Below are positions 37,371 to 44,783 of a stretch of 64,000 bases of DNA, piece after piece; position 1 is the first letter of the stretch; every line of letters starts with the position of its first letter. The position numbers and the translations under genes were made by a program. The stretch is from an uncultured virus (IMG/VR IMGVR_UViG_3300046546_000013) (Duplodnaviria; Heunggongvirae; Uroviricota; Caudoviricetes). The notes under the pieces are model-generated. The model worked only from the letters and a program-made list of their open reading frames with translations, was not told where the DNA came from and searched no databases. Location: the IMG/VR virus record IMGVR_UViG_3300046546_000013; one strand, given 5' to 3'.

Positions 37371-37569
37371 TAGAATATTTTCTAAAAAACTATTGACACA
37401 CCTCGGAAAATATTCCATAATAAAAGCACAACGAAATAAGCGTATGCCACCAAACATTATCGCTATTTCATCCACTGTTACGTGGGTTATTTTGTGTACC
37501 TTTGTCTCACACACATAATATATCACGGAATATTTTCCACGTCAACAGAAAAATATGAAAAATTTTCCG
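37371..37569. promoter_or_regulatory. Lysis/lysogeny switch: convergent promoters and palindromic operators
   Basis: Plus strand TTGACA-17-CATAAT (37393-37421); minus strand TTGACG-17-TATATT (37545-37517); palindromes TAGAATATTTTCTA, GGAAAATATTCC, GGAATATTTTCC and GAAAAATTTTCC. Confidence 0.75.
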
Positions 37570-37579
37570 AGGTGTAAAA

Positions 37580-37924
37580 ATGGACGTTTTGGGTAAAATA
37601 AAAGAGCTGGCTAAACAGAGGAATATTAGCCTTGCTGAGTTGGAAAGGCGTACCGGGTTATCAAGCGGTTCAATTACTAAATGGGGAAAAAGCGCTCCAT
37701 CTGTAGACAAATTAGCGAAAATCGCTGAATATTTCCATGTGTCCACTGATTATCTTTTAGGAAGAACAGATAACCCACACATGGGTATGTCCGAAAAACA
37801 AAAAGAATTGACCATAGAAGAAGCTTTAAAATCTGTTATGAGTTATAACGGTAAAGAAGTTTCTGAAAATGACCGTGAAGTATTAGAGAGGATTGCAAAA
37901 GCATACTTGGACGGAAAAATATAA
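37580..37924 (+). CDS. CI/ImmR-like repressor
   Basis: XRE HTH with VSTDYLLGR; upstream of ImmA. Confidence 0.88.
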   Translation: MDVLGKIKELAKQRNISLAELERRTGLSSGSITKWGKSAPSVDKLAKIAEYFHVSTDYLLGRTDNPHMGMSEKQKELTIEEALKSVMSYNGKEVSENDREVLERIAKAYLDGKI

Positions 37925-37936
37925 GAGGGTGTTTGT

Positions 37937-38293
37937 TTGGATGCTCAGATTTTAGAAATTGTTGAAAAGTTGAACATAACAATAGTTTATGATGAGTTTT
38001 TGGAAGATCATGGAAAATATCTTCCGATTGTAAATATTATCGCATTGAATAGTAAGTTGAATGATTTTGAAATGAAGAGGGCTTTACTTCATGAATTGGG
38101 TCATGCTTGTGAGGATCAAGATAATTACGAGCTTTATAAACTCTCATTTGTCTTAAAGTCAAAAATGGAATATGCTGCAAATAGATTTATGATAAGCTAT
38201 TTCACCAGCGAATACGATGATATCTATAATTACAGTCAATTAATAGAAGAATTTAGTATTGGGATGGGCTACGATGTTAAATATGCAAGATAA
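37937..38293 (+). CDS. ImmA/IrrE-family metallopeptidase (anti-repressor)
   Basis: HELGH...E..ANRF motif. Confidence 0.85.
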   Translation: MDAQILEIVEKLNITIVYDEFLEDHGKYLPIVNIIALNSKLNDFEMKRALLHELGHACEDQDNYELYKLSFVLKSKMEYAANRFMISYFTSEYDDIYNYSQLIEEFSIGMGYDVKYAR

Positions 38294-38383
38294 AAATACC
38301 CCTATCAAAGGACCAGCTTCGATAAGGGTTACTCATTTCTGAGATAGTACAAATATATTATATCAGAGAAATGAGGAAAGAAG

Positions 38384-39325
38384 ATGAAAAAAGTCGTACC
38401 GTGCTTATTGTTTGTTGGTTTAATAATGACCGGATGTTCTAATAATGAAGAAAGTACAACTCCCCCAACTGATACAACTTCTCAAACGACTTCTGTTTCT
38501 GAAGAACAGAAAGCTGACTTCGAATATGGGAAAATCATTACTGACGAGTTTGAACTTACTTATAAAAATTCTGAAATAGTTAAAAGTCCGTCTGAAGATG
38601 GCTATGGGTTATATATAACGTATTCATTAAAGAATACTTCAGATAACAATATCACACCTATTGATATTATTAATGATTACGTTTTATTTAAACAAGAGAA
38701 TGAAACTTCTGAGGTTGATCTCGATAACACCTACTATAGCTTAGATGCATTTGGATCAACAGATGATGTCGAATCATATAATGAGCAAGTTGATAAAGAA
38801 AACTCTCGTTCTGATGAACTGTTACCCGATAAAACCGTGGACATAATAGAGACTTACTCTCTGGACAACTTAGATTTCCCAGTTAAAATGATAGCTATGT
38901 ATGAAGATAAAGAAATAGGTATTTATGAAATTGATTTGACTGAATTAGAAAAGCCTGAAGAAACAAAATCTTTAGCCAATACAAATAATCCCAATGAAGA
39001 TAGTTCCTATAACGAAGGCCTTTCCGATATGCCAGCAAGCTGGCAAGAAGGTGAAGCTGAGTGGGAAAAAGCAAAGGCTGAAGGCTGGACAGCCGAGGAT
39101 TGGGAAGAAGCAGTCAGAGCTAGTGAAAACGAAACTTATGTAGTAGGTTCCGGTCAATATGAAGATTCATTTAATGGTAGTCAAGCTGAGCAAACAACAT
39201 TGCCTGAAGGAACTTCTGAAAATGCAAGACGTATATATAATGAAATAAAAAGTATTCAAGATAGAGAATTAACATCTGGTGAAATTCAAACATTAGAAGC
39301 AATCGAACAAGGCTATTACGAGTAA
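38384..39325 (+). CDS. Acidic lipoprotein, possible superinfection exclusion
   Basis: Lipobox MTGC; between ImmA and integrase. Confidence 0.7.
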   Translation: MKKVVPCLLFVGLIMTGCSNNEESTTPPTDTTSQTTSVSEEQKADFEYGKIITDEFELTYKNSEIVKSPSEDGYGLYITYSLKNTSDNNITPIDIINDYVLFKQENETSEVDLDNTYYSLDAFGSTDDVESYNEQVDKENSRSDELLPDKTVDIIETYSLDNLDFPVKMIAMYEDKEIGIYEIDLTELEKPEETKSLANTNNPNEDSSYNEGLSDMPASWQEGEAEWEKAKAEGWTAEDWEEAVRASENETYVVGSGQYEDSFNGSQAEQTTLPEGTSENARRIYNEIKSIQDRELTSGEIQTLEAIEQGYYE

Positions 39326-39427
39326 ATAAAAAACACGCCCCTCCGACCAAAGACAGGCGTGCAAAACAAAATAAACGATAGGCTTATTTAGTCATGCCTA
39401 TTGTATCAAAGAATTGAGGTATACACA

Positions 39428-40567
39428 ATGTGGAGCGAATCTTTAGGCAACGGAAGATATAAGTTTATAGAAAGATACAAAGATCCCTATACCGAAAAAT
39501 GGAAAAAGACAAGTACTGTTCTAACAAGTGATTCTTCCAGAGCCTGGAAGAATGCACAGAAAATATTAGACAAAAAAATAGAGGAAGCTTTAAGTAATTA
39601 TGATAAATCTGACATCACTTTCAAGGAGCTTTACGAAGAGTGGTTTGTTTATTATCAACAACATGTAAAAAGAACAAGTTGGACCAAAGTTCCAAAGATG
39701 ATGAAACATATTCAAAAAGTTATATCTGACGATGTTCTTGTTCGAAATATAGACGAGAATATGATTCGTAATATTACAGAAAAAATGTATACTTTCGGTG
39801 ACCTATCCTTGAATTATACGAAACAGACCAAGACGACCCTTTCAATCATGTTGAATTATGCAGTTGAGAAAAAGTATATTAAACAAAATCTAGCGCTGAA
39901 TGTCAAAATTCAAAGAAAAAAAGCTGAAGAAGAAAAAAGAAAAAAGAACATGGATGAAAAATACCTTGATCAAAGCGAAATGACAGAGTTGCTTGTATAT
40001 ATGAGAAAATCTACTAAAAGATTATTGCACGCTAACATTGCAGAATTGTTATATTTAACAGGCCTAAGATACGGAGAGTTACAGGCATTACAAGTAAAGG
40101 ACTTTGACGGGAGTACTTTGGATATTAACGGCACATTGGACTATTCTTTCTTAAAAATGGCAGATGCTATAAAAACTTCACCTAAAAATATCTATTCTAA
40201 AAGAATAGTTTCTTTGCCTAATAGAGCAGTAAAAATTGTTAATGAAATCATAGAACACAACTCTTTAGTATTTGGCTCCCAAAGTAACGAGGATTATATA
40301 TTTAAATCATCTAGAGGTACTCCGTTGTCTCTCCATAGCTTTAATATGGTACTGCATAGAGTTCAAGACGAACTAAAATGGGATAAAAACTTATCCTCAC
40401 ACATATTCAGACATAGTCATATTTCTTTACTAGCTGAATTGAATCTTCCTTTAAAAACCATAATGGAGAGAGTCGGACATTCCGATGCCAACACGACTTT
40501 ATCAATTTATAATCACGTGACCAAAAAATCCAAAGAGCAGGTTATCGATCGATTAAACAATTTGTAA
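39428..40567 (+). CDS. int: Prophage 1 integrase (tyrosine recombinase)
   Basis: GLRYGEL, SHIFRHSH and VGHSDANTTLSIY motifs; GAGGT RBS; adjacent to att. Confidence 0.95.
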   Translation: MWSESLGNGRYKFIERYKDPYTEKWKKTSTVLTSDSSRAWKNAQKILDKKIEEALSNYDKSDITFKELYEEWFVYYQQHVKRTSWTKVPKMMKHIQKVISDDVLVRNIDENMIRNITEKMYTFGDLSLNYTKQTKTTLSIMLNYAVEKKYIKQNLALNVKIQRKKAEEEKRKKNMDEKYLDQSEMTELLVYMRKSTKRLLHANIAELLYLTGLRYGELQALQVKDFDGSTLDINGTLDYSFLKMADAIKTSPKNIYSKRIVSLPNRAVKIVNEIIEHNSLVFGSQSNEDYIFKSSRGTPLSLHSFNMVLHRVQDELKWDKNLSSHIFRHSHISLLAELNLPLKTIMERVGHSDANTTLSIYNHVTKKSKEQVIDRLNNL

Positions 40568-40801
40568 TTTGCCCCTTTTTTGCCCCTTTTGTATAAAAAT
40601 TAACATTAAACAAACAAAAGAACCCCTATAAATAGAGGTTCTTTTATTATAACTACATCATGCCGCCCATCTAAGATTGTCTGACACACTCATTTCTACC
40701 AGTATAAAAATGCCTATATAATAACCTTTTGATCAATTTAATTTATAAAAACAATTCAACTAGTTCGAACTAATAAAGTTATTTTGCCCCTTTTTTGCCC
40801 C
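40568..40801. other. Hybrid attP-like junction: groEL 3' core (40653-40670) between arm-type repeats
   Basis: Minus strand ATGGGCGGCATGATGTAG; TTTGCCCCTTTTTTGCCCC at 40568 and 40783. Confidence 0.85.
40616..40645. terminator. Bidirectional terminator between int and the groEL-tail core
   Basis: aaaagaacc...ggttctttt. Confidence 0.75.
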
Positions 40802-40820
40802 CTATTCTTTATTTAATTCC

Positions 40821-40849
40821 TTTACAAAAAGAACAAACGTTCGTATACT
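40821..40849 (+). promoter_or_regulatory. SigA promoter with a LexA (Cheo) box in the spacer
   Basis: TTTACA-17-TATACT with AGAAC-AAAC-GTTCG at 40830-40843. Confidence 0.8.
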
Positions 40850-40880
40850 GAGGAAGAAGTAAACAAGAGGAGTGGTCAAA

Positions 40881-41201
40881 TTGAAATATAATGATTTTAA
40901 AAACCTTTTGGAAAACCGTCTATCTGGTTACGAAGTATTTATGCAAAAAGCCGAGGAATTCCAAATTGCTAAGAATAAACTGCGTTCCGGAAAGGCTAAG
41001 TGGAACGATAAAAAAGTTAACAAAGCAATTAACGGTATGTGGGATCAAGCTGCACAAAATATCTATCAGACTGTTAAAAATATGGATAAGATTCCAAACA
41101 GTCGATCCTTAGACCCTTACAATGATTGGCTTAAATTTATGGAAAGTAGAAATCTATTTGAAGTACTGTCAGATTCTCTTGCTGATGTCGAAATGGAATA
41201 G
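40881..41201 (+). CDS. Hypothetical protein, first gene of the SOS-boxed operon
   Basis: AGAGGAG RBS; TTG start (GTG at 40872 is an alternative). Confidence 0.7.
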   Translation: MKYNDFKNLLENRLSGYEVFMQKAEEFQIAKNKLRSGKAKWNDKKVNKAINGMWDQAAQNIYQTVKNMDKIPNSRSLDPYNDWLKFMESRNLFEVLSDSLADVEME

Positions 41202-41212
41202 GAGCGATTGAT

Positions 41213-41503
41213 ATGCAAATACCATTGGCGCATCAAAGAACCTATGCACTCGAAAGATATTACTACGAGTTTATCGAAAGAATGGGTCCCGCCCACTTAC
41301 TTTACGATCAGTTTGTTCGGACGATGGAAAACACCGGCAAACCTTTTTTTACCGTCCCTTCGGGCTATTCAAAATATTCTGAGGTGCTAGCTTTTGTTTT
41401 TAAAAAAGACGGAGATAATTATCTGTTCGATCACGTTAGAACGCAAGACAAGATTCTTCGAAAATACGACCCTAACATAAAATACAAACCGGGCGGGAAC
41501 TGA
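41213..41503 (+). CDS. Hypothetical protein (possibly DUF5960-like)
   Basis: AGGAG RBS; operon position. Confidence 0.6.
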   Translation: MQIPLAHQRTYALERYYYEFIERMGPAHLLYDQFVRTMENTGKPFFTVPSGYSKYSEVLAFVFKKDGDNYLFDHVRTQDKILRKYDPNIKYKPGGN

Positions 41504-41504
41504 A

Positions 41505-41771
41505 ATGAATCTTATTACTCAATACGAGCAAGGCTACCTACCTATTTCTGAGTTCATAAATGAATTTCCAGACAGTATTTCTGAGTCACAGGAAGCTTTA
41601 TACGGCGCAAGATGTATTGAATTTTATGTCGCTGTCGCATTAGGTAAAACAGATTGTTGCTATCATGTACAACGCTATGGAGGCGATTGTTATGAAATCG
41701 ATGAAAGGCTATGTATCGAAGATACGAGTACTGAAGATGAGCAAGGCCCCTTTGGTGCGGTTTTCGCTTGA
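41505..41771 (+). CDS. Hypothetical protein overlapping the next gene
   Basis: Starts 1 nt after the previous stop. Confidence 0.5.
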   Translation: MNLITQYEQGYLPISEFINEFPDSISESQEALYGARCIEFYVAVALGKTDCCYHVQRYGGDCYEIDERLCIEDTSTEDEQGPFGAVFA

Positions 41772-41967
41772 TGAAGTGAACTGTTTGATCGCAGCTCATA
41801 GTCTGAACTTTTTGGCAGATGTAGATGAAGGAATGGAAATCATTGTCGCTGGTGATTTTAAAGATCGCAAACAGTTTTTTGTGAAGAAGTATTCGGTGAT
41901 TGGTAAGACGAAGATCATGATTGAATTTGAAGCAATGAACAAACAACTAATTGCACCTTATAACTGA
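41692..41967 (+). CDS. Small OB-fold-like protein
   Basis: GGAGG RBS; G.VSKIR...VRFSL...EG..I.VAG.F...QF.V beta pattern. Confidence 0.65.
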   Translation: MKSMKGYVSKIRVLKMSKAPLVRFSLDEVNCLIAAHSLNFLADVDEGMEIIVAGDFKDRKQFFVKKYSVIGKTKIMIEFEAMNKQLIAPYN

Positions 41968-42001
41968 AAATGATATTGTAATTATAATGGAGGCGATATC
42001 A

Positions 42002-42430
42002 TTGGAAAACATTGTTAACAGCTCTTGGGAATACTTTAAAACAGAAGCAACTTTAGATCCTTCTAAGGTAGGAAAATGGATGATTTTTTTCGATTTTCCA
42101 ACTAGCCGAGAAGTTATGAAGAATTATTGTAGAGAAGCTGTTGAAAAAGAAATTATACCTTCCTCTAAATTGAGTAATAGACCTAATCCAGCAGGTCAAG
42201 GTGTAGCATGTTTTTATCTTGAAATCGATGATTATGAGGGACACAAAAAGATCATAGAATTTCTTATAAGTCATAATTTAATTCGTAAAACCAAAAATAA
42301 TGAAAAATTTTATAATATGTCATTCAAACTAGATTCTCAAACAAAAAATAATGAATATAAAGAAAATTTTATTTCAAAACTTACTTTGGATAAGTTTATT
42401 GACTTAAAAACAGGTGATTGGTTAAAATAA
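42002..42430 (+). CDS. DUF1917/eIF4E-like (phosphothreonine-lyase fold) protein
   Basis: GKWMIF...K.S...VACFY...FK.D..T motif; GGAGG RBS with TTG start. Confidence 0.5.
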   Translation: MENIVNSSWEYFKTEATLDPSKVGKWMIFFDFPTSREVMKNYCREAVEKEIIPSSKLSNRPNPAGQGVACFYLEIDDYEGHKKIIEFLISHNLIRKTKNNEKFYNMSFKLDSQTKNNEYKENFISKLTLDKFIDLKTGDWLK

Positions 42431-42463
42431 AAAATCCCCCTACTCAAATGAGTAAGGGGATTT
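42428..42463. terminator. Terminator between convergent genes
   Basis: aaatcccc-ctactc-aaat-gagta-aggggattt; related to the hairpin at 37-76. Confidence 0.75.
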
Positions 42464-42466
42464 CGT

Positions 42467-43417
42467 TTACCATGGAAGTTTATTATTGTTCAATGCTGTT
42501 TGCAATGCTTTCACCATATTTGAAGTCGGGCTGATGATTCCATCTTGTGTGGTACCCAAAGCTTGTTGCATTGCTTTGATTGTGTTCTTTCCACACAAGC
42601 CGTCAACTGCACCATTGTAGTAGCCTTTTGCTTTCAAGACCTTCTGAATAGCACGAATAAGGTCAGATCCGATCAATGTAGTGTCGAATTGTGCCGAATA
42701 CAAGTTAGCGTTACACGCTTCTTTGTATTGGTGACTTACTTCGCCATCCTTGTAGGTATCGTGATACTCTTGCAGACGTGTGGTTACTGCAGGTCCCCAC
42801 TTGCCATCAACGGATAAAGTTGTAAATTGCTCAACAATGTTCGAGGATGTGTTGCCAGATAACAGACTGTTCACTTTATTTTGCACCTGAGTCGCATCAT
42901 ATCCTGCAGCTTTTAATGCCGCATTTCTTGCGTCACCATTTCCCCACAATCCATTAATCACTTCTCTAGCTACCGCTTCAATAGATTTTCCGCCTGTGGT
43001 TGTATTTTCTGTAGCTACAATACGATAAAAATGATGTGGCAGACGAGTGCTCATGTACGAGTCATGGCTATCGGTATGGATTCCGTTCCAATAGTATGAA
43101 CAATGAATGAAACTCTTATTACTTAGGAAGATACCTGTATGTCCCCCTGACCCATTAGACTGACCAGGAGTACCAGCAACAAAAATATCTCCACGCTTCA
43201 CTTCTGATCGACTGATTTTTTTCAGTTTAGTACCTGACATTGCAAACAATGTTTCAGTGTTCCCCATGGACCCGATAGGTAGAAAACCACCTGCGATCAT
43301 GGCCAAGAATACTGCAGAAGAACAGTCGTAGCTTTTAGGACCCAAACGACTTGTCATTGAATAGGTTACCTTGCCTTCGCGGTCGGTCATCCATTTGATC
43401 ATTTGTTCAATGCTCAT
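42467..43417 (-). CDS. Endolysin (NlpC/P60-type, CW_7-like, PG-binding)
   Basis: Same motifs as lysin 1; intact C-terminus NNNKLPW. Confidence 0.9.
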   Translation of the reverse strand: MSIEQMIKWMTDREGKVTYSMTSRLGPKSYDCSSAVFLAMIAGGFLPIGSMGNTETLFAMSGTKLKKISRSEVKRGDIFVAGTPGQSNGSGGHTGIFLSNKSFIHCSYYWNGIHTDSHDSYMSTRLPHHFYRIVATENTTTGGKSIEAVAREVINGLWGNGDARNAALKAAGYDATQVQNKVNSLLSGNTSSNIVEQFTTLSVDGKWGPAVTTRLQEYHDTYKDGEVSHQYKEACNANLYSAQFDTTLIGSDLIRAIQKVLKAKGYYNGAVDGLCGKNTIKAMQQALGTTQDGIISPTSNMVKALQTALNNNKLPW

Positions 43418-43458
43418 TTTTATCTTCCTTCCTATAAAAGAAAAGAGCAGCCGCTAGG

Positions 43459-43776
43459 CTACTCCTTCTTTTCTGTGAACTCTTGGCCATCACCGTAATC
43501 TGGTTTTTGATCATTGCTACCTAAATTTAAAAGTTGTACAAATAATTGGTGCATCCCTGTGGATGCAATCCCGCTAACCGCCCCATAAACAATCGCTTCC
43601 ACAGTTAATCCATTGATGATTGCTCCTAGAATCGCTCCTAAGACAATAACAATCAATGGAATATAGCCATTGGCCACTGCTGCAAATACGGGCGTTGACT
43701 TGATCAAATATCCCACTACTAAACACGCTACGACAATCACTGGTACTAAATACTCCTGCAAGAAATTCAAATCCAT
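43459..43776 (-). CDS. Holin (three TM)
   Basis: Hydrophobic; GIASTGMHQ motif; upstream of the lysin. Confidence 0.85.
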   Translation of the reverse strand: MDLNFLQEYLVPVIVVACLVVGYLIKSTPVFAAVANGYIPLIVIVLGAILGAIINGLTVEAIVYGAVSGIASTGMHQLFVQLLNLGSNDQKPDYGDGQEFTEKKE

Positions 43777-43778
43777 TT

Positions 43779-44072
43779 TTATTTCCCTCTTTCTTTCCAT
43801 AAAGATTTTAATTGTTCTCCATGCTCAACTAATTTTTCACTATGCTTATCTAATCGTTCATCCTGACGCTTTAATTCGTCATGAATCGCAACTCGATCAG
43901 ACTTACTGGCTTCTAAATCACGATTTAACAAATCCAGACTATGAGTCATCTTTGTTAGATTCTCAGTGATTTTTGTGAAATTTGACATTACTGGTCTAAT
44001 AACAAATGCCATCAAACCAACAATTGTCATAATCCAGCCCGCCCAAGTTGCTAATTCCCCTACGTTTAACAT
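43779..44072 (-). CDS. Lysis-module TM/coiled-coil protein
   Basis: N-terminal TM plus coiled coil. Confidence 0.6.
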   Translation of the reverse strand: MLNVGELATWAGWIMTIVGLMAFVIRPVMSNFTKITENLTKMTHSLDLLNRDLEASKSDRVAIHDELKRQDERLDKHSEKLVEHGEQLKSLWKERGK

Positions 44073-44107
44073 ATGCCACCTACTTCCCTAAAATAAAAGG
44101 AACAAGC

Positions 44108-44542
44108 CTAAGCCTGCCCTCCTAATTTTTCTAGTTGATCCATTAATTCATCATATACATCCGCATCAACACCGCCAAAAGCAACATCGCTTTCATCTAA
44201 CCCAGAAATAAGGAATTCAAGGAAAGGCTCGAATTCGGTCAAATCGATCACCACTGTTTCGTTGTCCAATTCCTTGCGTTCTTTGGCATACTCTTCTTGA
44301 TTGGCACCATCTAACAAAATAGGTTGATCAGAATCATCTAGCTTGGCATTCCCGTTTTCTTGCACTTCATAATAAGTGGCAATCAACCCTTTCTGGCTTT
44401 CCGTCCATTCTTCGATTTTCTCATTTGCTAATCGGCGAAACTTGGAGATGGCACGAGCCTTTCGACCTTTTGATGTAACTACCGCTAAAATTTGAGCATA
44501 TTTGTGCAGCTTGCTATTGGTTGTTGTAAATGTTGTTTTCAT
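44108..44542 (-). CDS. DUF1617-like phage protein
   Basis: Similar to 2102..2515. Confidence 0.6.
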   Translation of the reverse strand: MKTTFTTTNSKLHKYAQILAVVTSKGRKARAISKFRRLANEKIEEWTESQKGLIATYYEVQENGNAKLDDSDQPILLDGANQEEYAKERKELDNETVVIDLTEFEPFLEFLISGLDESDVAFGGVDADVYDELMDQLEKLGGQA

Positions 44543-44566
44543 CTGAATCCTCCTATTTATAAATAC

Positions 44567-44770
44567 TTATTTTTCTGATGCTAATTTCGCTAATTTTTCT
44601 TTTGCTTTATTTGATACCTCAGAAAGGTCTAGCTCTTCCGGTGTAAATGTTAGTGACGCATTAATTGCACCATCATTATTACCGCTACTGTTATCTACTT
44701 GAATAGAGTAGTATAGCACCTCGTCGTTTTGATCATACGTAACATTAATATTCGTAAATCTAAAAGCCAT
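44567..44770 (-). CDS. Hypothetical protein
   Basis: AAGGAGGG RBS. Confidence 0.65.
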   Translation of the reverse strand: MAFRFTNINVTYDQNDEVLYYSIQVDNSSGNNDGAINASLTFTPEELDLSEVSNKAKEKLAKLASEK

Positions 44771-44783
44771 TGTTTTTCCCTCC

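Larger units (their letters stand above)
1..40670. mobile_element. Prophage 1 (temperate siphovirus; left end lies outside the window)
   Basis: Complete modular order: lysin-holin-tail-head-terminase-late activator-early genes-replication-cro/cI-ImmA-integrase-att core. Confidence 0.95.
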
